Below, piece by piece: positions 1 through 10,418 of a stretch of DNA of 64,000 nt. Every line of letters starts with the position of its first letter. The stretch's first letter is position 1. Below the pieces are notes generated by a model that made no database searches, was not told the origin of the DNA, and saw only the letters and a program-made list of their open reading frames with translations. The DNA comes from Candidatus Bathyarchaeota archaeon (lineage in GTDB: Archaea; Thermoproteota; Bathyarchaeia; Bathyarchaeales; DTEX01): assembly GCA_963714275.1 (NCBI GenBank), contig CAVQNT010000002.1, forward strand, positions 942,576 to 1,006,575, written 5' to 3'. Made by a program: the position numbers and the translations under genes.

Positions 1-677
1 AGAAAAATTCCTAGAAATGCGTTAGAGCCGTTGATGCAAACATGCGAATGGATAAGTTGGGAGACGAAAAAGAAGCCTTCCGAGATTTTCAAGTATTTTC
101 TGAGCCTGATGAGTAAATATGAGGATTATTTTTACAGTCAGCCTTGGCCAAAAAATTATGACCATGAGAAAGCTACTAGTTTTACTGATGAAGACTTGGA
201 CTTTTTAGAAACTGAAAATGACTTCGACGAGAGACTTACAACTGTTGCCCTCAAAAAAAACATATATTTTCAGGGGTTTATGGGATACTTCGGCATGGTC
301 TGGACGCGGAAGGCTTTTCATAAACAGTTTATTAGGCCTCTTTATAAGCCTATTTTGGAAGCTTTCGAAAGCCGTATGCAAGAAAGTAATGATGCCCAGA
401 CTGTTGTGAACAAATTAAAAGAGGACTATAGTATTCAGTTGATTCACGACAGTCTTAGTTGATCTATTTGATTATGAGTATCCAGACACGCCTAAGAGAA
501 AGTTGATTAACGAAATATGTGAATACCTACATACAGTTGAAGGACTACCATCATGCAGAGACGCTACATGCAAATGGTACTATAAACAAAAGTATCCGCA
601 GACAAAAACCAATAATGGATAAACAAATTGAGGCTATATCTAAGGTCGTGCCCAGGCCTGTCTTCAACGAACGATAA
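1..677 (+). CDS. Hypothetical protein, 5'-truncated by window edge, frameshifted near 460 and ~540
   Basis: Frame is open from base 1 through ORF 31..462. Similarity to 33724-33963 continues past the stop at 462 in shifted frames (DYEYPDTPKRKLINEICEYLH..) to a TAA at 675-677. Confidence 0.5.
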
Positions 678-1165
678 TAGATTATCTGGCTTATTTGAGA
701 TTCTAAGAATCTTTGACAATCTAGCTCACTCTTTAGTTTATGAGAGGCTACTTTGAGGTCTGCAATGTTCTATAAGAATATTACATGTTATTTTAATTAT
801 TGATCTGAACTTTAATCTGAAGCCAAATAGGTGTCTCTTTATAATTGGATTTATCTTCGACATCAAAAGAAGAGGAGGAAGACAAAGGGTTCTTTTAGGA
901 AGTTGAGAAAGTGAGACTTTTACCCAGAATAACTAATTAACTAAAATATGTCTAGTATTTAGTTATATAATTTTGTTTCACAACACTTTTACTAATAAAA
1001 AAATATATAAAAAAAGATTTAAAATGACTGAAAAGCCAGAAAAACAAGCCAGATACGAGACGGATCATCATAAGCGAGAGCTAATTTCTCTTATTGAAAA
1101 GCTTAACAAGAAAGCTGAACTCCAACAAATAACAAAGAAAAATGACCTGTCAGAAGAGGAACATA

Positions 1166-1410
1166 TTAGCTCACTAAGTTTTTTATTTCTTTCTCGTGTT
1201 CTTCAGCTATTTTGCAAGCTTCCTTGTATTCAGCACAGAGCTTATCAGTTTTTCCTCTTTCAAGAATAACTTTAGGCTTGTCTTTCCCATTTTTACTACT
1301 TATCCTTAATGTCACCATCCCTTCTTTCATCCGATAAACTCCGTACCGTATACATTCGTATTGACTGAACAGCAACTTTGTTATTGTCTTCCATCTGAGA
1401 TAACGGTTAA
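1166..1410 (-). pseudogene. Gene remnant of unknown function
   Basis: ORF 1166..1375 is open upstream to about 1410, has no convincing start, and is bounded by TAGCTCACTAA (1167) and AGCTAACTCACTAA (1411). Confidence 0.3.
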
Positions 1411-1615
1411 AGCTAACTCACTAATTCCCACTGGTAGCATCCAGCACAATTAAGTGGTATATCTTGTGAAGTCAGCTTATCTCTAAGGAACATGTCTCCA
1501 TAAGCTTTGCCATACAGTTTCCCTGTCTTCTCGTAATAATCCCATTTCACATCAACTTCCTTAACTAGGAAGTAAGTTGTGAGGTGCCACGAAAACTGCC
1601 TAACCTTATGTGTGA

Positions 1616-1640
1616 ATTAAAATTTAATCCCAAACCCAAA
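1616..1640 (-). repeat. Dispersed G-tract/palindrome site, reverse-orientation copy
   Basis: ATTAAAATTTAATCCCAAACCCAAA is the reverse complement of TTTGGGTTTGGGATTAAATTTTAAT. Confidence 0.8.
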
Positions 1641-1671
1641 AAATAACTAACTAACGCGCGTTCTGTTTATT

Positions 1672-2553
1672 TCATGGGGGAGTCACGGTTACACTGAATG
1701 TCCAGATACCAATAGAATTTCTAAACCAATAAGCATCAACGTTGACAACACCAAGTTCAAAAACAAAATATCCATCTTTTGGAATTGTAAACCTCGGCGG
1801 ATCATCCAAGCTGATTTGTTCACATGCGATATCACCTAGTTCGCTACCATTATTCAAAAATACGTAATTGTATCTCAGATACCATCCTTCTGTTACATCA
1901 GAAGGATAATCAAGAAGTCTCAAAACAACAACATCTCCCTTTCTCAATTGGATACTTTGATTGAGGCTGTCAATTATGTGCATAGCGCTCCCTCGTATGT
2001 ACCACTCATTTTGAAATTTGGCAAGCGCGTTTGCTTCAATTGGGGGATTGTATTCAATTTCTATTTTGAAGGTCTGTTTCAGTTTACCAAGTTTCTGAAA
2101 GTGGTCAAGAATCCTCGAATCGTTTCTAGGGTCTACGCCCTTAAAAAAATCTGAGGAAGGATACCCTTTTTCCAGCTTTATTGTACTGTCAGTTGTATTG
2201 ACAAAAGTTTCTATAACTATTCCATGATATGAAACAGATGAAATTGGAGTCCAAAAGGATCCATTATAAATCTCTTGGTTGCCTATTTTCAAAACAAAAG
2301 GCTCCCCATGGATTACACTTTCCACTTTCAATGCTTGTATTTTCTTGACTCCTTCTTCAGTGAGTTTGATTTCGTGACTGCTTTTGTTATACCACACGAT
2401 TTCGTCATCGGATATTACTAGTTCATTGTTCTTCAGAAGGTAAATCCCAAATCCCTCACTCGAGAATCTGAGTTGATTAGTTAGGTAGAATCCTCCAGCG
2501 ACTACAAGAACTGCAACTATTAGAATGACCAATGAGATTTTGATTGTTTCCAT
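1672..2553 (-). CDS. Membrane-anchored or secreted hypothetical protein
   Basis: 293 aa ORF with N-terminal hydrophobic anchor (ISLVILIVAVLVVAGGFYL); GGAG-type RBS upstream on the minus strand. Confidence 0.75.
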   Translation of the reverse strand: METIKISLVILIVAVLVVAGGFYLTNQLRFSSEGFGIYLLKNNELVISDDEIVWYNKSSHEIKLTEEGVKKIQALKVESVIHGEPFVLKIGNQEIYNGSFWTPISSVSYHGIVIETFVNTTDSTIKLEKGYPSSDFFKGVDPRNDSRILDHFQKLGKLKQTFKIEIEYNPPIEANALAKFQNEWYIRGSAMHIIDSLNQSIQLRKGDVVVLRLLDYPSDVTEGWYLRYNYVFLNNGSELGDIACEQISLDDPPRFTIPKDGYFVFELGVVNVDAYWFRNSIGIWTFSVTVTPP

Positions 2554-2837
2554 AATAGAGCTGCTCCTAAACCTTCTCTTATCTGTTTGGATTTAATTAT
2601 TAAATTCAAGATAAAGGTGAAGTAGTAGAGTTGATTTTCAAGTTATAATTGCGATAGAATATGTCCTGCTGGCGCCATCAAACACCAGTCTAAGAAAAAA
2701 AACTCGAAATAATCAGAAATCTGCGAAAGAAATAGCAGAATGCGCGTTTGATTGACTGTTCGACCATTTGAGTGATTGATTGAGATTGATAGATAGAGAT
2801 TGATAGAGAAAGAGAGAGAGTATATATAAGTGAGAAA

Positions 2838-2861
2838 GGTTGGGTTGGGATTAAAATTATC
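2838..2861 (+). repeat. Dispersed G-tract/palindrome site (degenerate)
   Basis: GGTTGGGTTGGGATTAAAATTATC preceded by GA-rich simple sequence. Confidence 0.65.
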
Positions 2862-2924
2862 TTCGAATATAGTTTTATACAGTTTGTAGATTCCAATAGA
2901 TAAAGGAGAAATCAGCTATCAGAA

Positions 2925-3596
2925 GTGGTTCAGATGAACATTGACGTTTTTCGGGATAAACTTAGCTCTCAATTAGGAGAAAACCTCAAATGTTTAGTTC
3001 ATATGGGTAGTCGTGTTAGAGGAGAGGCAAGGGTTGACAGCGACTACGACTTCGCATTGATCGTTCACAACATAAACAGAAAAGTCTTGGATGAAATTAG
3101 AAATGTCTTCTCAGATTACCAAAATGTTTCAGTCTATATTCTCGAAGAACAGGAATTAAGGCGTCTCCCAAAAGCCTTGTGCGCCACAAATTTGCAGTTT
3201 ATCTACTCTAGGGTGGTCTATGGTGAATGCTATTTCCCAAAGCCGAGTACGGAGGACATCGACACCTACATTGGCATCATGAGGAGCGACGAGATTTTCG
3301 CTATTCGACATTATCTTACTCTCTCTCACGATTTGAGTAGATTAGTTGAAATAATTGGAATGCGACTAAAGATGGTGTACTTCTGTCTAACATATCTCAT
3401 CTACAAGGAGACAGGCGTTCTCTCAAGAACAAGACTCGAGGCGATGGACTACCTTAAGAAGAAAAGCTCCCAGAGACTCGGGGTTGCTCTTCTTGAGATT
3501 TTGGAGAATTGGCAATCTATAGAAACTTCGGCAGCTGAGAGAGTACGCGAGTATCTTCACATGTTGGAGGAGTTCTGGCGTACCCTTGAAGCATAG
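2925..3596 (+). CDS. Nucleotidyltransferase (Pol-beta/MNT superfamily) with C-terminal helical domain
   Basis: GSRVRGEARVDSDYD matches the GS-x(10)-DxD NTase motif. Confidence 0.8.
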   Translation: MVQMNIDVFRDKLSSQLGENLKCLVHMGSRVRGEARVDSDYDFALIVHNINRKVLDEIRNVFSDYQNVSVYILEEQELRRLPKALCATNLQFIYSRVVYGECYFPKPSTEDIDTYIGIMRSDEIFAIRHYLTLSHDLSRLVEIIGMRLKMVYFCLTYLIYKETGVLSRTRLEAMDYLKKKSSQRLGVALLEILENWQSIETSAAERVREYLHMLEEFWRTLEA

Positions 3597-3706
3597 AATC
3601 TGGAGGAAAAAACATAGGGCTAGCTAGATGTGTTTGTTTATTTGTTTTTGTTTGTTTAGCCTTGTATTGGTAAGTATGAGTATTGGAGTATAGGGGCGTA
3701 AGTAAG

Positions 3707-3731
3707 TTTGGGTTTGGGATTAAAATTTAAT
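3707..3731 (+). repeat. Dispersed G-tract/palindrome site (consensus copy)
   Basis: TTTGGGTTTGGGATTAAAATTTAAT followed by CTTTTT. Confidence 0.85.
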
Positions 3732-3848
3732 CTTTTTCTCTCTCTCTCTCTTATTTTATTTCTTATCCACGTTACAATGTATCCCATGTATCGTGTGTAT
3801 CGTATATCACACAAAAAAACTAGAAAAAAATACGAGGGAAGCCTAGGG

Positions 3849-4115
3849 TTACTTCACCAATCCTTCGCCACGCATCTTAACCCAAAATTTATCTGCTTTG
3901 TGTCTAATATTCACTGGTCTGCAAACAATACCCTTTTCCTTCAAAAACTGAAGGGCTTTTCTCCCAAGACCCTTTCTTTGAGGAGAAGAATGCATACCAA
4001 GTATCTTCAATCCGTCTTCATCCTCCCGAAGTGCAATTCGGACTTTCCCTTCAGTGAACTTGAAGTCAATGGTACAAGAGACTACGGGTTCAACGCGCGC
4101 TTTCATGGTAACCAC
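3849..4115 (-). CDS. Small GNAT-like acetyltransferase
   Basis: QRKGLG resembles GNAT motif A; ADKFWVKM resembles motif B. Confidence 0.45.
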   Translation of the reverse strand: MVTMKARVEPVVSCTIDFKFTEGKVRIALREDEDGLKILGMHSSPQRKGLGRKALQFLKEKGIVCRPVNIRHKADKFWVKMRGEGLVK

Positions 4116-4133
4116 ATTATCAATATTGTTAGG

Positions 4134-4475
4134 TTAGGCTATTATCCTTTCCACTTCAAAACATAATAGAATGTCACCAAGAAAACTGACAGAAGCTATT
4201 GATGCTGAAAGAATTGATATTATAACACCAAATAATTCGAGATGTTGCGGGTCATACTCTTCTATAGCCACAATAATTATTCCTAAAAGAATAAAGATCT
4301 CGGCAATCACGCCAAGAGAAATTCCAACCTTGTATCCTCTGTTACGATCTACCATTTTTTCGCACACCTTACTATCGAATAGAACCAGCGATATAAAAAA
4401 TTTACGTGAGGGGAAGTACAACTTGAATATGTCTCTCAAAACTTTTAGAATTTGCGGTGTTTCCAATGCCTTCAA
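4134..4475 (-). CDS. Small membrane protein
   Basis: Two hydrophobic helices; true start may be internal (MVDRN..). Confidence 0.45.
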   Translation of the reverse strand: MKALETPQILKVLRDIFKLYFPSRKFFISLVLFDSKVCEKMVDRNRGYKVGISLGVIAEIFILLGIIIVAIEEYDPQHLELFGVIISILSASIASVSFLGDILLCFEVERIIA

Positions 4476-4584
4476 TATCTACTATCTATCTGATGACGAG
4501 ATTTTTCGTTTACACAATGGTCCTTGATCTATTGAACAAGCACAACCAATAACTATGGAAGCATATTCTTCTCTCTTGCAGAAT

Positions 4585-4800
4585 TCATTGTTCAGGCTTC
4601 CGAATGAACCTTCCCGACTTTTTGTCTCTGTATCTTATCTGAAATTTACCGTGAACCGTAACCCGTTCAATCCGCCACGTCTGAGCTTCTTGCTCAGCAA
4701 ACTTCAAACGAGCCTGACGTTCAGTGTATACGCATAAGAACTTTTTCGGGAACAGGAATGCCGATTTTTTCAGCCTTACTTTCAAAGCCAAATTTTCCAT
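4585..4800 (-). CDS. Small basic hypothetical protein
   Basis: 71 aa ATG ORF ending RDKKSGRFIRKP. Confidence 0.45.
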   Translation of the reverse strand: MENLALKVRLKKSAFLFPKKFLCVYTERQARLKFAEQEAQTWRIERVTVHGKFQIRYRDKKSGRFIRKPEQ

Positions 4801-4923
4801 AATAGCGTCACTTGCTTTCTTTTATTAGTCTTTTACTGGAAGTCCGCGGATTTCATTGAATATTTAGAAGATATCCAAAACGGAGAAAAACAGGTCTGTT
4901 AAGTAAATCGTGCGCGCTTCTCT

Positions 4924-6009
4924 TTAAGGAAACTTTTTTCTCCTCTTTCTTAATATGAACAGAGCAGTCTTTGAGACGTATCCGTAAAGAATTGCTATTA
5001 TTAGAATAGCGGAGAACGCGACAAAGGTTGTTGAAGAACTCTGAAGCCATGGGTATCCACTTGCGATACCTATAAAATGGCTAATCTGACCGTGCAGGAC
5101 GAGGCTCAGCAAGATTAAAATGGCTCCTTCAATGGGATACTGAAGGATTTCAAGCTTCGGCTTTTCTTCGAGCAGAATTTTCTCGATAACGCTTATAACC
5201 GAGAGTAATCCCGCTCCGATCAAGAGCATAAAGGTTAAGGTCTCCGCAAAGGTCGCTCTGGCTTGAAGCACTGCAGGCACTTGGATAGTAGAGGTGAAGG
5301 ATATAGCGAACAGAAATAGTGTTAGGCACACCGTGAGTCGTTGTTCAAGTTTGTCCGGTTTGATCAAGGGCAAACTGCCCAGCAGAAAGAATGAAATGAA
5401 GAGCACTGACAAAATTAGTTGGCTTGAGAACCATCTTTGAAGAAACATTTTTGTGTTAAGTTGAACAGTTTGAAAACCTTCTTTCCAATATGGCGCTATG
5501 ACATCAAACCTTTCTTCAGGCGTTCCAGTCCCTTTGTATTCATCCAAGCCGGGTATCAAGCATATTATGCCAACTTTTGTGTTGTTGTAATTGATTAGGT
5601 CAAGTGGAAGATTAACAATGAACGTGAAGTTCAGCATATATCCGTCCATTGGGTAGAATTCAGTGTTTCCCTTCGGGTGGAAAGTCATTGTCTTGATCCC
5701 CCTATAGGTGTGACCGATAGGGTCGACGACCTGCATTTCGAGTTGGTTATACTCTTCTCCATATTCTTGCGTTTGCAGCACAGACACCCTTAGATTGGGT
5801 TCAGTCAAGTTATATGGCATGTTCATGAACTCAATTTGGACTTCCGCCGTTATTTCCTGCATCTCCATCCGTCTCAGCAAAACCGTGAACGAGAAAAAGT
5901 GTCCTTCTTTCTGCTGAACAGGCTGGGAAACACAGTTTGAAGTGCCTACGACGAATGTTTCTACTAATATAAGTATTAAGGAAAAAATAACCGCATGTTT
6001 GGAATTCAT
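4924..6009 (-). CDS. Pentameric ligand-gated ion channel (Pro-loop)/DUF4436-like membrane protein
   Basis: Signal peptide, beta-rich ectodomain with FYPMD, pre-M1 Arg (LQR), and M1-M4-like helices (EQRLTVCLTLFLFAISF, P..ATFAE) plus one extra TM. Confidence 0.65.
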   Translation of the reverse strand: MNSKHAVIFSLILILVETFVVGTSNCVSQPVQQKEGHFFSFTVLLRRMEMQEITAEVQIEFMNMPYNLTEPNLRVSVLQTQEYGEEYNQLEMQVVDPIGHTYRGIKTMTFHPKGNTEFYPMDGYMLNFTFIVNLPLDLINYNNTKVGIICLIPGLDEYKGTGTPEERFDVIAPYWKEGFQTVQLNTKMFLQRWFSSQLILSVLFISFFLLGSLPLIKPDKLEQRLTVCLTLFLFAISFTSTIQVPAVLQARATFAETLTFMLLIGAGLLSVISVIEKILLEEKPKLEILQYPIEGAILILLSLVLHGQISHFIGIASGYPWLQSSSTTFVAFSAILIIAILYGYVSKTALFILRKRRKKFP

Positions 6010-6069
6010 GTTAGATAGTTCAACGATTAAACTTAAGTATTATTATAACGCGCGTTCTGTGTATGTTTT

Positions 6070-7033
6070 TCATGTTTTTGTGTGTATTAAAAGTTTATGT
6101 AACTCTTCCCCGAAACCTTTTATTTGAACGAGGGTTCCTAGGCAGGTTGCTTCGTTTGAAAGATCTTTGAAGCACTTTGAGCATTGAGATATCTTTTTGA
6201 AGTTAAGGTTTCTCAACTTGTTCATTAACTTGGATTGGTTGTAGATTGAATATAGCCGTTTTTCTCTCACGTTTCCTATGCAGAACTCTTTGAAGGCAAG
6301 TAAATGGCAAGGATAGACTGACCCTTCAGGATAGACGGTGAGAAACTTTCCTACGCCGCAGTTGAATTTATCCTTTGTCTCGCGCTTTAAATATAGCCCA
6401 AATGTTTCATACCAGAACTCCCCTACAGTCCTTTCTACCTCTTCTGGGTTACATACAATTTTTTGATCTCTAGCCTTTCCTGCAAGCCTCAAAGGGGAGA
6501 CATGGATCTTAAGGATCCCATTTCTGATCATGAAGTGCATAAAGTCTTTCAGATGTGGGAGGTTCAAGGAAGTAACAGTGATGAATGCCACAGGGTCTCC
6601 TCCAGCCTTCAGTATGTATCTAAAGGCATTTATTGCCCCCTCAAATGTTCCTTTGCCTCTTAATTTTTCGTTGACTTCTTCAAAGCCATCGATACTTATC
6701 CTTATCTCGTGAAAACTGTGAACCAGGTCACTTGCATTCTCTTCTTTTATCAAAGTGCCGTTCGTCGTCAAACACAGACTTTATGTCGTTTCCCGCATTC
6801 TTAAGTGATTGGGCAAGTTCCAGAATGTCATTTCTGAGTAAAGGTTCGCCACCTGTGAAGATGATTCTCCTCGGGTTAAGCAGAGAGGCATCCCTGAGAA
6901 CTGGAAACATCTCCTCTGTCGAGAGCTCTTTCTCGAAGGGCTCTCCAGCTGAGAAATAACAATAAACGCAGCGGAGATTGCAAGCCTTCGTGACATGAAG
7001 ATAAACCGTGTCTAATGACCTGATAACTTCCAC
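6070..7033 (-). CDS. Radical SAM/SPASM protein, frameshifted near 6780
   Basis: CNLRCVYC and FTGGEPLL in 6728..7033; SIDG and SPASM CGVG..GSVYPC..GNV..CSKC in 6070..6771. Confidence 0.9.
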
Positions 7034-8686
7034 GCCTCCTCGCTGAGGAATGCGGCGGGATCGTAAGGTGGATTCCCTCTACGTTTCAACTCGTTTGTCG
7101 CTATTTCCCTCTGAGACTCAAAACTTAGGTTGCCTTCGTCAAAAAAACTGCAAGACCAAGAAATTGTCACCTTAATATCTCTTCTCTGTGATATTTTATG
7201 CAAAATATTACTTGAGATCTGTGTAGGAATATTACAGAGTTCAAGAATTGCCTCCTTGTTCTCTTTCAAATCATAGTGGTAAGTTCCAGAGTCTTTACCT
7301 GTATCAATACGATCGGGTTTTTTGATTCTTGGTACTTTAAGTATTAGAGCAGTATAGTCGCCAAAAAGAGTTCTCATTTTATCATACCAATCGCTAAAGA
7401 ATCTATCAATGTTAGCCCATAAAGGATATGGAAATTCAGAAAACAACCAATCTATAATTGCCTCTGCGCTTCGTAAGTCTCCTATTTTTCCAAGAGCAAA
7501 TGCTACTGCTTGTCGAGTCCTCCAATATTCCTCCCAAAGGTCCTCCTCTCCTTCTCTTGGTTTCCTTAGAACCTCAATGAGCGGTTCTACTGCTCTCGCA
7601 TCGCCTATGTCTACAAGAATGCTTATTGCTTCCAACCTGAGATCTTTATACTTTAAGGCTTGAATAAGTGGTTCAACAGCCGGCTTCCCTGTAATCTTAG
7701 TAAGGGCTCTATTCATTGTATCTATGAAAATGCCTTTTTCGTAAGGCATAACTTGAATAATAGGTTCTATGGCTCTTGCATCTCCTATCTCCCCAAGGAC
7801 CTCTGTTGCTTCCCTTCGAAAATTGCTGTATCTTAGGGCTTGGATGAGGGGTTCAACAGCTGGCTTTCCCAGTTCAGCCAGTAGTTCCCATTGCTTTTTC
7901 ATAATTAGGTAATACGCTCTCTCCGTAGCGTCTTGTGGCTTCCAACCTATTTTATCGAGAGCTGCCTCTACATACCCTAAGGTTTCGATGGGTCGTATCG
8001 CCGGGTCACCTTCCTTAAATGTTTGAATAAGAGCTATCGCTGGTTTTCCAATTTTAACTCCTATCTTAACTAGAGCATCTATTACTACAAATCTTATTAA
8101 TTTAAGGTGCTCAAGAGCCAAAATAAAATCTTCTTTCTTTAGTGAACGTGTGTCTCCCAAGGTTTTACTAAGGGATTCTACCGCTCTCGGATCACCCATC
8201 TCTCCAAGACCCTCAGCAGCCTTTTTCCGAACCTCCCAATTTTCGTCTTCTAGAGCTTGTATGAGGTAATCTACAGCCCTTTCGTCCCCTATCCTGCTGA
8301 GGGCATTCACAGTCAACAATCTGACAATAGCAGATTTATTCCCCAAGGCTTGAATTAAAGCCTCAAAAGTCTGGTTTTCCGATTTTAGCAAGAGCTGAGG
8401 CTGCCTCTTTTGCAGCGATGTCGTCCCGCCTTAAAACATCAGCAAGTGGTTCTATGGCTTGCGTGTTGCCTATCTCACCAAGAGCAGTTGCAGCAATTAT
8501 TCGTAAACGAGGATTTTCACCTTTTAGGATTTTAATGAGGTGCTCAACTGAGGGCTCTCCTATCCTGACAAGTGCTCTAGTTGCCGCACCTACTATTTCC
8601 AGATCCTTATATTCTAAAGCTTTTACTAGACCATTAACATCTTTTGCCTTTTCCATCTTTTCAACATTAGGCTTGAATAACCACAT
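7012..8686 (-). CDS. HEAT/PBS-lyase repeat protein, frameshifted near 8370
   Basis: Repeated ALGEIGDxRAVEPLIQAL units in both ORFs (8363..8686 and 7012..8391). Confidence 0.85.
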
Positions 8687-9020
8687 TAGCCTGTATCCTT
8701 CCTAAAACCATAAGGACAAATTGCACTTATTAGTATATTTCGCGCGAGCTATATTGCGTGTTTCTCGGGTGTGTGGATACATTGGTGCGTCTGAAGGGGT
8801 CAAGCCCTATTATGGCGAGACAACCTTTACCGGAGACTATCTTTATGAGAATCGGTTCTATATTACCCAAGGTTAGATGATTAGTACTAAATTCTAGGCT
8901 TCCAAGCTTCTCGTTCATCTCTTTGGAAATTCGCAAAAAGTAAAGCCTCTTTTTTCTTAAAACTTTAGAAAAGTCTTATAAATGCTCGGAAAATAGTTAG
9001 AGTAAATATATTTTTAGCTA

Positions 9021-10139
9021 GTGGAAAGAATGGGTGAAGAAGAGAAGAAGGGGTTCTTTTTCAAGATTCAAGAGAAATATGAGTCGTACAAGAAGGAAGT
9101 CGAACAGAAACAGCAGGAGAGGTTAGAAAAAGAAAAGCAAAAAACTGTTAATGAAGTCAGCAAATGGATGAATGACTCTCTCAAAGACTTGGTCAGTCTG
9201 CCTACGGAATTTAAGCCCTTATCTGTCGGCGGCACTTTCGGCGTCGTTGGCGGATTCACAACTAAAGATAACGTGCCAGTAATCTCCTATATCACAATAA
9301 GATCTTATGAGAAACTGGTTTATCCAATGGATTATATTTTTGGAAGTTACGCAGAACGATCTGTTCCAACATCAATTATTGCAAAGAAGATTTCCACACG
9401 TTTTATGCGTTCAGAGAGGGTGTTAATACCATTTGAGTCGCAACTTGGGGTAACGTTCGATGCCAAGGCAGTCTGGGAGAGAAAGACAGGCTGGAATCCA
9501 TTGGTTGAGACAATGAACAATGATAAAGCCCTTATTTCAGCTCTAACATCATTGCCTAACCAATCTACTGTCTCCATTACTTCTAAGAGATATTTAACGT
9601 ACAAGATCGATGATGCGAACGAAAAGAATCTTGAGTGTCAGTGTCAGATTATACCTTACGAGAACTTGGCATTCATCGGTATAAGGGCTATAGGACTTGT
9701 ACGCAAGGATAATGTAAAGAATATTGTCAATTTGTTCAGAATCATGAGGGGCCACATATTGAGTTACGGACACACTGTGCCTACAAGTGGTCATGTCGCC
9801 CAAGACTGGATAAAGCTTCCCATTTTCATCATGAATGACTACTTTTTACCCGTGAAGCAGGCATTAACTGCAAAGCCTAAAGATAGAGAGGAAAAATCCG
9901 CTCAGGAAGTCTTGGATAGCGAGCGCACGCGCTTAAAACGGTTCTTGGTGCCAATAGAAGCTTATAAAAAAGCTTTCGTTGGAGAGAAGAAAGGAAGCTT
10001 TTCTTATCTTGTTGACGCAGAGAACCCTGAAGAAGCGAAGAAGAAAGTAATCGAAATGTTCAATGAGAAGCAGGTTCCTGAAGGGTTCTCCGTTAGAAAT
10101 ATATCAGATCCAACTGACATGACAGACTATTGGGGCTGA
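9021..10139 (+). CDS. Hypothetical protein with N-terminal coiled coil
   Basis: 372 aa ORF; TATA-like CTTATAAA at ~8975. Confidence 0.75.
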   Translation: MERMGEEEKKGFFFKIQEKYESYKKEVEQKQQERLEKEKQKTVNEVSKWMNDSLKDLVSLPTEFKPLSVGGTFGVVGGFTTKDNVPVISYITIRSYEKLVYPMDYIFGSYAERSVPTSIIAKKISTRFMRSERVLIPFESQLGVTFDAKAVWERKTGWNPLVETMNNDKALISALTSLPNQSTVSITSKRYLTYKIDDANEKNLECQCQIIPYENLAFIGIRAIGLVRKDNVKNIVNLFRIMRGHILSYGHTVPTSGHVAQDWIKLPIFIMNDYFLPVKQALTAKPKDREEKSAQEVLDSERTRLKRFLVPIEAYKKAFVGEKKGSFSYLVDAENPEEAKKKVIEMFNEKQVPEGFSVRNISDPTDMTDYWG

Positions 10140-10418
10140 CGTCAGCAAGCAATATCCCTTAGGAATGTTGCTTCGACCAATATTGATTGAAAAAAGGTAG
10201 CTAGCCTAGAGTGCTACACCATTTAACAAGCACTATTATAGCGCGCGTCATCTCAATTTTAGATTCGATTCTTTAAGAGTTAAAATAAAAAAAAGGAAAA
10301 AAAAGACAATGTTATTCGGTGTATAGTTTGGAGGAAATAGATGAGGCTTTTAACTGGCTTGTGCTGATTCTTGGCACGCTGGCTGCGACTTTGATTGAAT
10401 CTATACATACCTATTTAG

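Noticed and set aside
2690-2896. 68-aa minus-strand ORF
   Set aside because: It translates GA/GATT simple sequence (LSLSLSISI) and is likely spurious.
3708-4527. Plus-strand ORFs 3708..4166 and 4171..4527
   Set aside because: The first starts inside the repeat and simple sequence; both are antisense to more plausible minus-strand genes.
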